A stretch of DNA of 64,000 nucleotides from a virus (Duplodnaviria; Caudoviricetes). The translations under genes and the position numbers were made by a program. The notes under the pieces were generated by a model. The model was not told where the DNA came from. It saw only the letters and a list, made by a program, of their open reading frames with translations, and made no database searches. Below, piece by piece: positions 10,745 through 20,841 of this stretch (its first letter is position 1; each line of letters opens with the position of its first letter). Location: IMG/VR virus record IMGVR_UViG_3300022719_000071, positions 192,001-256,000 of that record. One strand, written 5' to 3'.

Positions 10745-10759
10745 GTAAATACTATTTAC
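10745..10759. promoter_or_regulatory. Palindromic, overlapping divergent late promoters
   Basis: GTAAATA-C-TATTTAC gives TAAATA on both strands, facing bS21 (-) and the 10773 gene (+). Confidence 0.7.
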
Positions 10760-10772
10760 AAAGGGCTCAGAT

Positions 10773-12431
10773 ATGGCAGTAAACAACAGAAATTTTGGAG
10801 TTGGTGGCAACGAGCAAGGCTGGCCTATAGCTAATTACGCCCAAAGCGAGCGCAACTTCCAGAACCAAGATGGGCCGATGAGCATTCCTCGGTTCAAGTT
10901 TACCTATCTAGTGGAATTCAAGGTGAACGAACGAGTGTTTGAAAACCCTGTTAGTAACCTGAAAGAGTTTCTGTGCAACGGAAAAATCTATACCCAACTG
11001 AAGCGCATCGATCATCCCAAGCCTGAAGTCAAGTATGAGACTTTAAGATCATACAACAAGTGGATCAAGATTCCGACTATCATCGAGTTCCAAGGCGGAA
11101 GTATGACATTCGATGATGACTCTACCTCCGTAACTCAGGCATTGTGGAAGGAATACATGAACTTTTATAGTCACCTTGCCACGGTAGGTGAGAACATTGG
11201 TGCCAACACTGCGTCTAATCTTAGTTCGTCCAGCGCTTCTGGTGATTATCAATTCACCGAGAGGCTAACTGGAGAAGAGATGCGTTCTAGTATGAGTCGT
11301 CGTCCATCTCTCGGCATGAAACTCAAGCCCAATGATATGCGCCACTTCTTCGAGTCGATTGTCATTTATGATTTGGGAACTGAGCCTGATGCTATTAATG
11401 TATACTGGTTTCATAATCCGGTGATCACTGTTTGGGATCACGAGAATCTAGACGAAGAGGATCGAACCGGCAAAGTTGAGGTCACTGCCAACTTCGAGTA
11501 CGAAAGTTATTATTGGACCTTTGGTCAGAATCGTGGTCGTCTACGTGACTACATCAGTACCATACTTGGATTCTTTCCTATGGATGGTGCTGAAGTTACA
11601 CGAAAGAGTGGCATTGGGCGTCAAATCATCGCTAGAAATCAAAACCAAGCGACCACTACATTGGATTCATTGGCAAGTGTATTTGCTGCCAATCCTAGCC
11701 TGGGGGATTTGGTTAGCAACATTCCTGATGAAATCAAGCAAGCACAGACCGTGAATGATTCGGTTAGATTTCCAACAGATGAAGAAAAAGAAGAACAAGC
11801 TCTTGAGGATTCAGGTGTGCAAACATTTGGCTTGGGTGAAGCAATTCAACTAGAACCTATTTTGATATCTGCTCCTGAGCCTACTGTTCCGTCCACAATA
11901 GCTGGTAAGGAAGCAGAATTGCGTAGGGTAGAAGCAGAGCAGGAACGTTTGATTGCTGCTGGACCGATAGACCCGACCACGCCGGAAGGTAGTGTTATAC
12001 TCAGGAAACAGGCTAAGCTACAAGAGAAGAAAGAACAATTGACAGAATCTCTTGCTGGTCAGAGATCTCAACAACGTAGAAATGATACTGGCAATGCTTC
12101 TACCCAAAGTGCATTGGCAAACACACAAAGTAAGCTTGGTGGAGTTCCAACGATGCCTTCTGGGGTAATCCCAAATCCTAGAAATGCTGCATTGGCACAA
12201 CAGAACATGACTAACCTCGAACGTGCGAATGCAAATATTGCACAAGCTAACCAGATGATTGGTGCTAACTTGGATCAACAGGCGGCTATCCTGGCAGAGA
12301 ATGGACAGAACGTGAATGATCCCAGAATTCAAGAGCTACAGGGAGAACAGCAAGCACTTGAGGCTGCATTGAATTCCTTTATTCGACAGAGAAATGATGT
12401 ATTGAATGATGTTGATGAGGGTGAATCTTAA
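10773..12431 (+). CDS. Tube-fold baseplate/tail-tube initiator-like protein (gp48/gp54-like) with Q/N/A-rich C-terminal extension
   Basis: PRFKFTYLVEF, KRIDHPK...SYNKW..IPT.IEF..GSMTFDDD resembles tube-fold proteins; structural context. Confidence 0.6.
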   Translation: MAVNNRNFGVGGNEQGWPIANYAQSERNFQNQDGPMSIPRFKFTYLVEFKVNERVFENPVSNLKEFLCNGKIYTQLKRIDHPKPEVKYETLRSYNKWIKIPTIIEFQGGSMTFDDDSTSVTQALWKEYMNFYSHLATVGENIGANTASNLSSSSASGDYQFTERLTGEEMRSSMSRRPSLGMKLKPNDMRHFFESIVIYDLGTEPDAINVYWFHNPVITVWDHENLDEEDRTGKVEVTANFEYESYYWTFGQNRGRLRDYISTILGFFPMDGAEVTRKSGIGRQIIARNQNQATTTLDSLASVFAANPSLGDLVSNIPDEIKQAQTVNDSVRFPTDEEKEEQALEDSGVQTFGLGEAIQLEPILISAPEPTVPSTIAGKEAELRRVEAEQERLIAAGPIDPTTPEGSVILRKQAKLQEKKEQLTESLAGQRSQQRRNDTGNASTQSALANTQSKLGGVPTMPSGVIPNPRNAALAQQNMTNLERANANIAQANQMIGANLDQQAAILAENGQNVNDPRIQELQGEQQALEAALNSFIRQRNDVLNDVDEGES

Positions 12432-13078
12432 TGGCTAGGAGACGACCATCAAAGGGTCTGTTTACACCACAATTTCCATCAAAGTACACCGGGGAATACC
12501 CGATTGTCTACCGTAGCACGTGGGAACTAGAGTTCATGCGGTACTGTGATAATCACCCGGATGTAATGGAGTGGGCATCCGAACCTATAAAGATCCCATA
12601 CTCAAATCCGTTGAATGGTAAGCAATCTATCTACATTCCGGACTTCTTGGTTACATACAAAAAGAGGGGTGGAACCCCCAGCACTAAGCTAATCGAGATC
12701 AAGCCTCTTCACGAGGCATCGGAGGCACATGCTCGCAACACTAAAGATGCGGCAATCAGAGCGAGAAACGAAGCCAAATGGGGTGCTGCAACGCAGTGGG
12801 CCGGAAGACGTGGAGTTGATTTCCTCGTCCTTACCGAAGCAGAATTGTATGCAAACCACGCCAACCGAAAAGGACGAAAGAATCCTATCAAAGCTGTCGG
12901 AAAAGAACAAATTAAGGCTCCGAATCCGACGAAACCACAGAAGGTTCGGAAGCAGACGGCGAATAACTTAGGAACAGCATCGAGATTCACTCGTGCTAGT
13001 CAGAAATCAAGGGTAAGTAGTAGCAAGAGCCCGAGGGCCGGAAAGGTACCGAAGGCGTCAAGATCCAGAAAGATATGA
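12431..13078 (+). CDS. gp4: Head completion nuclease (gp4 / TnsA-like endonuclease)
   Basis: G.F.P..P.KY.G..PIVYRSTWELEFMRYCD.HP.V.EWASEPIKIPY..P; YIPDF; IEIKP; NEAKW.AA. Confidence 0.88.
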   Translation: MARRRPSKGLFTPQFPSKYTGEYPIVYRSTWELEFMRYCDNHPDVMEWASEPIKIPYSNPLNGKQSIYIPDFLVTYKKRGGTPSTKLIEIKPLHEASEAHARNTKDAAIRARNEAKWGAATQWAGRRGVDFLVLTEAELYANHANRKGRKNPIKAVGKEQIKAPNPTKPQKVRKQTANNLGTASRFTRASQKSRVSSSKSPRAGKVPKASRSRKI

Positions 13079-13572
13079 CACATCGCCTGAATAAGAACAT
13101 TGCAGAAGCTCTGGATATGGAAATTCCAGAGGAGGGTCTAATCGAAGATAGAGCCCCGCTTGTGACCGTGGAACCACATGAAATAATTAGTGTGGATAAT
13201 CCAGATTTGCCTGACCTGAGCGACATCGAATACCGTTTAGTTGAGGGCGAAAAGCAGCTTGATGATTTTATTGGCAAGAGCATGGGTATGTTCCAGGAAC
13301 TATACGAAGAACTACCCGAGGTCCAGCCAGACAAGCGCAATCGACACATGGAAGTCACGTCTATGATTATGGGTACCACCCTCGATGCCATAAAGCATAA
13401 GACCGACCTTCAGTTGAAAAAGAAAAAGCAACGCATGGAAGAGAAGTCGTTCAATGGTGGGTCTGGAAGACCACAAACGATCAACGCCAATTTCTTCGGT
13501 TCTAGAGAAGACATTATGAAGATGTTAAATGATGCAAAAAGGGCAGAAGCCCAAAATGGAGAACCTGAGTAA
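13075..13572 (+). CDS. Probable terminase small subunit
   Basis: Helical/coiled protein ending NANFFGSREDIMKML; lies between gp4 and the large terminase. Confidence 0.6.
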   Translation: MTHRLNKNIAEALDMEIPEEGLIEDRAPLVTVEPHEIISVDNPDLPDLSDIEYRLVEGEKQLDDFIGKSMGMFQELYEELPEVQPDKRNRHMEVTSMIMGTTLDAIKHKTDLQLKKKKQRMEEKSFNGGSGRPQTINANFFGSREDIMKMLNDAKRAEAQNGEPE

Positions 13573-13600
13573 ATATTAGAACCGACGAAGGATTTTCACT

Positions 13601-14608
13601 ATGAGCAAGAAGTTTCAAGCATATCTCGCTGAACAGGATGAAGAGTTCACTTACAACATTAAGTCGAGCCGTCATATCCACAACGACGAGACATTCTACA
13701 ACCTACAGCTAGGTCTGTTAGGTTATGATTTGCGCTCTCTTGAGAGAATTTCCTACAACCCACTTGCTGCCTATGAGCCTATGTTCCCACCAAGCCACGA
13801 TGAGCCCGGTATCGATACCGTATTTCACGTGAAGGCTGTCCTGGGAACGGAAGTCCCAAATGAAGTATTACGCCAGAAGATTGCCTACTTCACCGATATT
13901 CATTGGGAGTGGATCGCAGTTTACCGTGAGGGAGAGAAGTGGGAAGGCAATGATCCACTAAACATGGCTGATGAAGAGGGTGGAGAGTATAAGAATCTTA
14001 CACATACGGCTAAGGACTGGAATGGTACCCCAGATGATGGTGACATCGATCCAGACGCTCAGAAGTACGTAGGGACGGCCAGACTGGCTGATTTCATGAA
14101 GGAGCTAGAGACCGACCGCAAGACACGTGAAGCGGAAATCAATGATAGAAATGTGACTCCTAAACTATACGAATCTTTTGTTACTACTCACCTGTGCATG
14201 CATGACATGCTTGGTCACACCCCTCGCAAGGGATACTATCTACTGGAACGTTACACAGTAGATCCCAGCGTGGTCCACGTGTCGGGTCCGTTCAAGAACA
14301 AGCCAATGACCCATGAGTTCGTTTCTGATCTGTTGAAGCGTGGTCGTGGAACATTCAAGGTTCTTGATGAAAACAAGGTTAAGCTGGAAGGACACGACCG
14401 GGATTTTCGCTACACCAAGACGCTTCGTGAGCAAAACCTGAAGAACTACGAGGTCATGGTTAAAGACCAGGATACTGGTAGGTCTTATACTGCTTTAATC
14501 AAGGCGTTTACTGAGACTGATGCACGAGCTAAGGCTGTACGCCGAGTAGCACAAAAAGAAAAACTGGACGCTGGTAGACTGATTGCGATTGAACCCGAGG
14601 CAGCATAA
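13601..14608 (+). CDS. Conserved virion/head-associated hypothetical protein
   Basis: TAAATA at 13570; N-terminus MSKKFQAYLAE resembles T4 capsid-targeting leaders. Confidence 0.6.
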   Translation: MSKKFQAYLAEQDEEFTYNIKSSRHIHNDETFYNLQLGLLGYDLRSLERISYNPLAAYEPMFPPSHDEPGIDTVFHVKAVLGTEVPNEVLRQKIAYFTDIHWEWIAVYREGEKWEGNDPLNMADEEGGEYKNLTHTAKDWNGTPDDGDIDPDAQKYVGTARLADFMKELETDRKTREAEINDRNVTPKLYESFVTTHLCMHDMLGHTPRKGYYLLERYTVDPSVVHVSGPFKNKPMTHEFVSDLLKRGRGTFKVLDENKVKLEGHDRDFRYTKTLREQNLKNYEVMVKDQDTGRSYTALIKAFTETDARAKAVRRVAQKEKLDAGRLIAIEPEAA

Positions 14609-17600
14609 TGCCACGTTTGGCCGAAGACGAAGGCGGCAAGATCAAGCCGTCTGGCTATCAACAAGAGTATACCACTAAGCAAATCGAAGAGCTTCTTCGA
14701 TGTGCCAATGATGCTGTATATTTTATTCGTGAGTATGTATACATCCAGCATCCAACTCGTGGTGCTGTGAAGTTTAACTTGTTTGATTACCAGGAAAGTC
14801 TAGTCGATTGCTACAATAGCAATCGACTTGTAATCGCTCTGCTGTCTCGTCAGTGTGGTAAAACCGCAACCGCTGCTGCTTACCTTTTGTGGTATGCCAT
14901 TTTCAAGGACGATCAGCATATCTTAATTGCTTCCAAGGATCACGATGGTGCCAAGGACATCATGAGTCGTCTGTGGTATGCTTACGAAGAACTACCATGG
15001 TGGTTAAAACCAGGATGCAAGGTCAATCAGGTTCACACTAAAGAATTTGACAACAACTCCAAACTACTTGCTACTGCGACCACAGCAACGTCCGGTCGAG
15101 GTAAGTCCAACTCACTAATCTACCTGGACGAGTTTGCATTCGTTCGTCCTGGTATCGCAAACGAGTTTTGGACAGCCATTTACCCGACTATTGCATGCGT
15201 GTCTGGTGATACACTAGTTTTTACTCAAAGGGGATTTGAAAGAATAGGGAATCTACACTCTGGATGGAAAACCGGAGACTATAAGGAACGAAATGACCTT
15301 ATGATCTATGGAAAAGAAGGAATGGAAAAGGTTTCTCATGGATACGTAAGTCCGTTTTCTGCTACTAAAAAGATTACAACTTCCAAAGGCAGATTTTTGG
15401 AGGCTACTTTAGATCACCCCCTATATGTTCCAAGAAGCTATAGCGGGGAAATGGTTAAGGCAAAAAACTTAACCACTAATGATTACCTAAGAGTTGATGT
15501 GGGGTTAAACCTATTCGGTAATATTACATTGACACCGGATGATGCCTACATGTTAGGAGGATACACCGCCGAAGGGTGGGTATCCGGTAACAACGGAAAA
15601 AAATCTACGGTATGGATCTCAAATACCGATTCTGAATTTAGAAATGTATTCCTGAAAAGAAAAAAAGAATCATTCAGGGTATCTAATTCAGAGCCCACAA
15701 AATTATATTGTACCAGTTCTAAATTAGTATTTCAACTTTCTGAGTGGGGAGTTGATTTACATGCCAAGTGTTACGATAAAAGAGTACCAGATGCAATTCT
15801 TCAAGGTACTAGAGAAACAATTACAAATTACCTATCAGGACTATTTGATGGTGACGGGTGTGCTTGTAATAAAGGGGTGATTTTAACATCAACTAGCCTT
15901 GAGTTATTGAGAGATGTACAATTATTGTTAACAAATCTTGGTTTCCTCCCGGATATTATTCCTAATAAAGAACAGAAATCAAGGGTAATAGCTGACAACC
16001 GAGCTATAACCGAATGCTTCCGTCCTTCTTGGAATCTGTACATACCGTTGAGTCAAACTCAAATGTTTCTTGATATTATTGGATTTAGAATCAACAAAAA
16101 AACGACGGCAGCCAACAGGGTATGTTTTATACGGAATCAGGATGATTCTAAATTGTTTACGATTCCTGTTCGGCATATACGCTCAACCTTAGTGGATCTT
16201 TTAACAGAATCAGGTAAATCCAAAAACTGGTGGAGAACACACGGTCGAAGATTTGACAAATGTTTGGATAATCATCCGAACAGACATGTTACCGTCAATT
16301 GGCTTCGTGGTGTTGAATCTATTGTACGTCATAAATTGTCTCACCTACTAGAGAAATTTGAGGTATTCTTTCAGGAGTATTGTAGGAATTCTACTTGGGA
16401 ACGCATAGCTTACATTGAAGATGGTTCATGCATCACATATGATTTTACCGTCCCTGGTACTCATACCTTTGCACAGAATGGAATGATTGGTTCTAATACT
16501 GGTGGTAAATGTATTATCACATCAACCCCGAACACAGACGAAGACAAATTCGCCTCCATTTGGTTCAACTCTACTAGGCATCCAAGCTCAGATGTTTGGA
16601 GAGATGTGTTTGCTGAAAGGCAGATGTTGGACGTTCCTGATGAAAATACTGAAGAATACGATATCGAGTATGAAACTGAAGACGCTCGTATGCTGTATAG
16701 CAGCAAGGAAGAAGATCTGGACATCGGTGACGATGACACTCTGGAAGGCTTTATTGGTTTCCATGCCCACTGGTCTAGGATCCCAGACGGTCGTGGAGGA
16801 TTTCGTGATGAAAAATTCAAGCGTCAGGTTCTTTCTTCGGGTTTGACTGAGGAGGAATGGCTACGTGAGTATGAGTGTGCATTCGTTTCCGGAGACTCCA
16901 CCTTGATTTCGGCTGCCAAGATGGCCACATTTCGTCAGACTGTTCGTAAGCCTCAATTCATCGATAAATGGGGAATGCGTTGGTACGAGGAGATTCTTCC
17001 GAACCAAATCTATGGTGTGGTTCTTGATCCCTCAGAAGGTGTGGCTGCGGACGATGCGTGTATTCAGGTGTGGGAGATTCCACAGATGACACAGGTAGCA
17101 GAGTGGAACAACAACTACGTGGATCAGGTTGAGCAGACCAAAATGCTTCGTCGTACCTTGAAGCGCATCTTCATGATTCAGATGAATGATCCTGCACACG
17201 AAGGTGGATGCCAAACTTATTACTCTGTAGAGAGGAATGGACTTGGTATCGGTATCTTGAATGCCATCGAGTACGAAGACGAGATGACTTTCCCAGGTTT
17301 CCTCATTGACTCGACCATGACTTCTATTAACGTTCTTGGTGGAGGTATGGATACCAAGGTGACAAACAGGTGGCGTGGCCTTTTGACCAGTGTATCCAGT
17401 AAAAAGCGTTATGCTGTGGAGTTTAAGAACCTCGTGGAGAGAAATCTGTTTGTGGTTCGCTCCAAGCATTTAGCCTCGCAGCTAAAGACATTTGTCAAAA
17501 GCGGACAGTCGTATGCAGCAAAGGAAGGAGCCAAGGACGATATCGTGATGTCCTGTATTCTCATGTGTCACCTTGTAGATGAAATTAGGTACCATGAACC

Positions 17601-17703
17601 AGACCTGGATGACCTGATTCGCCCTGACATAGATGATTATGATCCCGACGACTTTGATCATCCGGATAATATCGCTTTACCGCCTACTGTATCGATATCT
17701 TGA
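14608..17703 (+). CDS. gp17: Terminase large subunit (gp17-like) containing one intein
   Basis: LLSRQCGKT (Walker A), IYLDEFAFV (Walker B), GGKCIITSTPN, VLDPSEGV..D, VERNGLG, DDIVM nuclease motifs. Confidence 0.95.
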   Translation: MPRLAEDEGGKIKPSGYQQEYTTKQIEELLRCANDAVYFIREYVYIQHPTRGAVKFNLFDYQESLVDCYNSNRLVIALLSRQCGKTATAAAYLLWYAIFKDDQHILIASKDHDGAKDIMSRLWYAYEELPWWLKPGCKVNQVHTKEFDNNSKLLATATTATSGRGKSNSLIYLDEFAFVRPGIANEFWTAIYPTIACVSGDTLVFTQRGFERIGNLHSGWKTGDYKERNDLMIYGKEGMEKVSHGYVSPFSATKKITTSKGRFLEATLDHPLYVPRSYSGEMVKAKNLTTNDYLRVDVGLNLFGNITLTPDDAYMLGGYTAEGWVSGNNGKKSTVWISNTDSEFRNVFLKRKKESFRVSNSEPTKLYCTSSKLVFQLSEWGVDLHAKCYDKRVPDAILQGTRETITNYLSGLFDGDGCACNKGVILTSTSLELLRDVQLLLTNLGFLPDIIPNKEQKSRVIADNRAITECFRPSWNLYIPLSQTQMFLDIIGFRINKKTTAANRVCFIRNQDDSKLFTIPVRHIRSTLVDLLTESGKSKNWWRTHGRRFDKCLDNHPNRHVTVNWLRGVESIVRHKLSHLLEKFEVFFQEYCRNSTWERIAYIEDGSCITYDFTVPGTHTFAQNGMIGSNTGGKCIITSTPNTDEDKFASIWFNSTRHPSSDVWRDVFAERQMLDVPDENTEEYDIEYETEDARMLYSSKEEDLDIGDDDTLEGFIGFHAHWSRIPDGRGGFRDEKFKRQVLSSGLTEEEWLREYECAFVSGDSTLISAAKMATFRQTVRKPQFIDKWGMRWYEEILPNQIYGVVLDPSEGVAADDACIQVWEIPQMTQVAEWNNNYVDQVEQTKMLRRTLKRIFMIQMNDPAHEGGCQTYYSVERNGLGIGILNAIEYEDEMTFPGFLIDSTMTSINVLGGGMDTKVTNRWRGLLTSVSSKKRYAVEFKNLVERNLFVVRSKHLASQLKTFVKSGQSYAAKEGAKDDIVMSCILMCHLVDEIRYHEPDLDDLIRPDIDDYDPDDFDHPDNIALPPTVSIS
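15196..16497 (+). mobile_element. Intein (434 aa) with LAGLIDADG homing endonuclease, inserted at PTIA|TGGK
   Basis: Starts CVSGDTLV; block B ATLDHPLY; YMLGGYTAEG and YLSGLFDGDG; ends TYDFTV...NGMIGSN followed by Thr; AT-rich. Confidence 0.92.
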
Positions 17704-17756
17704 CTTTAGGTTTTGATGTACTCATATTCTGGAAAACATCGAACAGAGAGGGTGTT

Positions 17757-18335
17757 ATGTCAGATAAGACGACCCGGACCCACGAAGAAATGGTTCAAGA
17801 AGTTGCTGCCCACTTCGGTGGCGGCAAAGAAGTCGTTGAACGTGCTCTTCCAACTCCAGCACGTGTAGACGCTACTAATAACTCGCCTCATGTGTCGATT
17901 CGAGTAAAGAAGCTTGGGCACTACGGTGATCTCCCCAATCTGAAGGCTGCCACGATTGGTAGTGCTGGTGTTGACCTTTATGCAGCAGTCTATGAGCCTG
18001 TTTGTCTAAATAATATGGGTGCGAGAGAGATTATCCCTACGGGTGTCTCGATTGCACTTCCAGTAGGCTACGAAGCTCAAATTCGACCTCGGTCGGGACT
18101 AGCAGCAAATCATGGTCTTACGGTTCTGAATACGCCAGGAACCATTGACTCTGATTATCGTGGTGAGATCAAGATCATCTTGATCAATCTGTCTACCAAG
18201 AAGTTCTTCGTTGAACGTGGTATGCGGATTGCTCAAATGATTGTCAAGCCGGTGCTGTTGCCAACTCTAGAATACGTTGATGAGTTGGATGATACAGAGC
18301 GGGGAGAAGGTCACTTCGGATCTACTGGCTTATAG
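17757..18335 (+). CDS. dut: Trimeric dUTPase
   Basis: SAGVDL, GYEAQIRPRSGLA, GTIDSDYRGEI, RIAQMI, RGEGHFGSTG motifs I-V. Confidence 0.95.
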   Translation: MSDKTTRTHEEMVQEVAAHFGGGKEVVERALPTPARVDATNNSPHVSIRVKKLGHYGDLPNLKAATIGSAGVDLYAAVYEPVCLNNMGAREIIPTGVSIALPVGYEAQIRPRSGLAANHGLTVLNTPGTIDSDYRGEIKIILINLSTKKFFVERGMRIAQMIVKPVLLPTLEYVDELDDTERGEGHFGSTGL

Positions 18336-18402
18336 AACTTATAGAACTTAATAAACCTTTGCAGAACCCAAAGGAACTGCACAGAACTTAGGAGAACTCT
18401 AT
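18334..18402 (+). repeat. Phased array of RGAAC(T) units with about 10-nt period in the SSB leader
   Basis: Units at 18334, 18343, 18353 (degenerate), 18363, 18373, 18383 and 18393; the last overlaps the AGGAG RBS. Confidence 0.85.
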
Positions 18403-18403
18403 C

Positions 18404-19600
18404 ATGAGTAATATGCTTGACGCAATGAAAAAGCGTGTTAAGGAACGCCAACCATCCTTTGAGAAGGACAACTCTGTCTTTCCTTTTTGGAATTTGAACT
18501 TCGGCGCAGCCGCCACTGTACGATTCCTTCCCTACAACGATCAGTTTACCGGAGCATTCTGGGCTGAGCGTATTCTTCTTCCAATGAGCTTCACCAGTCC
18601 GGAGGATAGCACGAAGGTCTGGAAGTTCATGGCTCCATGCCGTGAGATGTATGATCGTGGCGAGAAGTGCCCTGTGCTTGCGCCAGTTCGTGCTCTTTAT
18701 GGCGAGGAGAAGGAGCTACGAAACACTGGTCAAACCGCTGACGCCGACAGGCTAAAACGAATCGCCGGTTTCCATTGGAAAAAGCCAACCTTTTACTACC
18801 AGGGCTTCGTTATCAAGGCAGGTATGTCCGAGAACGAAATCCCTGAGAACCCAATCCGTGTCTTCCCGGTCAACAAGATGCTTCACAAGAAGATCTTCGA
18901 CTCGATTTTTGAGAATGAGGAAGATCCGTTCGAGAAGCTTCCTACTGGTGAGTTCACCGTGGAAGACGTGGTTGCGCTTCTGGATGGTGATAACACCATT
19001 AATCTCGACAAGTTCGAAGGACATAACTTCATCATCAAAAAGATGCAGCGTGGTGAGTACGCTGACTGGACTGCTGGTTCGCAGTGGCAGAGCAAGATGA
19101 CCTCGCTTGACGAAGAACAGATTGCGGCCATTGCAAAATACGGTCTTCACGATCTGACCAAGAGGCTGCCTGATCGTCCATCAGACGAGCAGTACGATAT
19201 TCTGGCCGAGATGATGAAGGTTTCCATTGACCGAATGCTGCATGGCGAGAATGGTGTGTGGCAGAAGGAGTGGGAGGAAGCTGGCTTTAAGCCAATCAAG
19301 CCACGTAGTTCGTCATCCTCTGATGACAGCAGCGGCGATGACGGAGATAGCAAGTCTGTTACTTCGACTGCACAAAAGGCCAAGGCAGATAATAACGCCA
19401 AGAAAGCTGGCGGCGCAAGCGACGCACTTTCTAAGCTTCGTGCACAACGTGGTAAGACCAAGGACGCTGACGATGAGACAGTGGAGGCATCTACCGATGA
19501 TATCGGTGTTGAGGGGTCCACAACGGACGACGCATCACCAGTGTCTAATGTGCAGGCTCTTGCTGATAAGATCCGCAGTCGAGTAAACAAGTCTGCTTAA
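18404..19600 (+). CDS. gp32: Single-stranded DNA-binding protein (gp32-like)
   Basis: F.FWN......TVRFLP, FWAER, CPV, G.NF.IKK...GEYADW; acidic low-complexity tail; sits before UvsX. Confidence 0.85.
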   Translation: MSNMLDAMKKRVKERQPSFEKDNSVFPFWNLNFGAAATVRFLPYNDQFTGAFWAERILLPMSFTSPEDSTKVWKFMAPCREMYDRGEKCPVLAPVRALYGEEKELRNTGQTADADRLKRIAGFHWKKPTFYYQGFVIKAGMSENEIPENPIRVFPVNKMLHKKIFDSIFENEEDPFEKLPTGEFTVEDVVALLDGDNTINLDKFEGHNFIIKKMQRGEYADWTAGSQWQSKMTSLDEEQIAAIAKYGLHDLTKRLPDRPSDEQYDILAEMMKVSIDRMLHGENGVWQKEWEEAGFKPIKPRSSSSSDDSSGDDGDSKSVTSTAQKAKADNNAKKAGGASDALSKLRAQRGKTKDADDETVEASTDDIGVEGSTTDDASPVSNVQALADKIRSRVNKSA

Positions 19601-19614
19601 TGGGGAGGAACAGA

Positions 19615-19639
19615 AAGGGGGTGACTTTGCCACCCCCTT
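19615..19639 (+). terminator. GC-rich hairpin after SSB
   Basis: AAGGGGGTG-ACTTTGC-CACCCCCTT. Confidence 0.65.
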
Positions 19640-19662
19640 ACTGTCTATCAAAGGAAATCACT

Positions 19663-20841
19663 ATGGCAAAGAAAAAGTCCTTTGGTGCTGGCCTAAGAAG
19701 CGTGCTCATGTCAAGTAAGTCCGAAACCGTATCGGTTGGATTTGACACGAGTGAGTTGTGGGCCGACACCGGAAACTACGCTTTAAACAGAATGATGAGC
19801 GGACGCTTTAATGGCGGGTTACTTTTTGGACGTAACTACGTCTATTTTGGTAGTTCTGGGTCCGGTAAGTCTCTTCAGGCTGCATACGTGTCCGCTCACG
19901 CCCAGCGTGATCATGGCGCACACGTAGTCTGGTTCGATGTCGAGCGGGCCAACACAGGACAGGAAGGTACCAAGTTCTTCCAGCGTGCTGGCATCGATAC
20001 CTCCGATGAAAATTTCAGTTATGCTAACGCTGCTACACTTGAAGATATTAACGACCTGATTTCTAAGACTGTGAAGTTTATGCGTGATGCACAGAAGGCT
20101 GGTGATGAAATTCAACCAATCGTGTTTGTTATTGATTCGTGGTCCATGGCTCTAACATTGTCGCAGTGGGATGCTGCACAGTCTGGTGTTATGAAGGGAG
20201 ATCAGGGACAAAAGGCAAAACAAACGGGTGATTTGATCACCAAGATCAATCATCTTGTTGGTGGTCTTCCTATTCTGGTAATTGGCATCGCTCACATTTA
20301 TGATAACCAGGAAAAGCATCCGGCGACTGGTCGTCCAATCGGTCACAAGTACAAGACTACAGGTGGACACAAACTGATTTTTGCTGCTTCTGGTGTTCTC
20401 ATGCTGGACAAGAAGGAACTCTACTCTGATGATGTAGAAGACGAGGCTGTCTCCGAGCATTACGAGAAGATCAAGGAAAAACAGCTTGCTGACCAGAAGA
20501 AGAAAAAGAGAATTGCGGGTATCATTTCTCAGGCCGAAAACTTGAAATCCCGTGTATCCAAGCCGTTCGAGAAGGTGGCTATTCAGATCCCATACCTCGG
20601 TGGCATGGATCGCTACTCAGGACTGTACGACCTTCTGATGTCCGAGGGTGTTGTGTACACACCATCGCAAGGATGGCGTGCGTTCACGGATAAGGATGGT
20701 ACTGAAGTGAAATTTCGTGAAAAGGAGTTTAGACAGCACGCAGAGCAAGCGATGTCTGTAGCTGATGAGGATATCTCCGGAGCCGCAGATTACGTTCATA
20801 CCATGGAGGAGCCAAACGATGGCGAAGAAGGCGAAGTTTAA
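19663..20841 (+). CDS. uvsX: RecA/UvsX-like recombinase
   Basis: DTGNYALNRMMSG, GSSGSGKS (Walker A), VFVIDSW (Walker B), TTGG.KLIFAAS, GMDRYSGL. Confidence 0.9.
   Translation: MAKKKSFGAGLRSVLMSSKSETVSVGFDTSELWADTGNYALNRMMSGRFNGGLLFGRNYVYFGSSGSGKSLQAAYVSAHAQRDHGAHVVWFDVERANTGQEGTKFFQRAGIDTSDENFSYANAATLEDINDLISKTVKFMRDAQKAGDEIQPIVFVIDSWSMALTLSQWDAAQSGVMKGDQGQKAKQTGDLITKINHLVGGLPILVIGIAHIYDNQEKHPATGRPIGHKYKTTGGHKLIFAASGVLMLDKKELYSDDVEDEAVSEHYEKIKEKQLADQKKKKRIAGIISQAENLKSRVSKPFEKVAIQIPYLGGMDRYSGLYDLLMSEGVVYTPSQGWRAFTDKDGTEVKFREKEFRQHAEQAMSVADEDISGAADYVHTMEEPNDGEEGEV

Noticed and set aside
18334-18402. AGAAC array or the 54-bp duplication at 60081 as a CRISPR array
   Set aside because: No 25-45-nt repeats with unique spacers and no cas genes.
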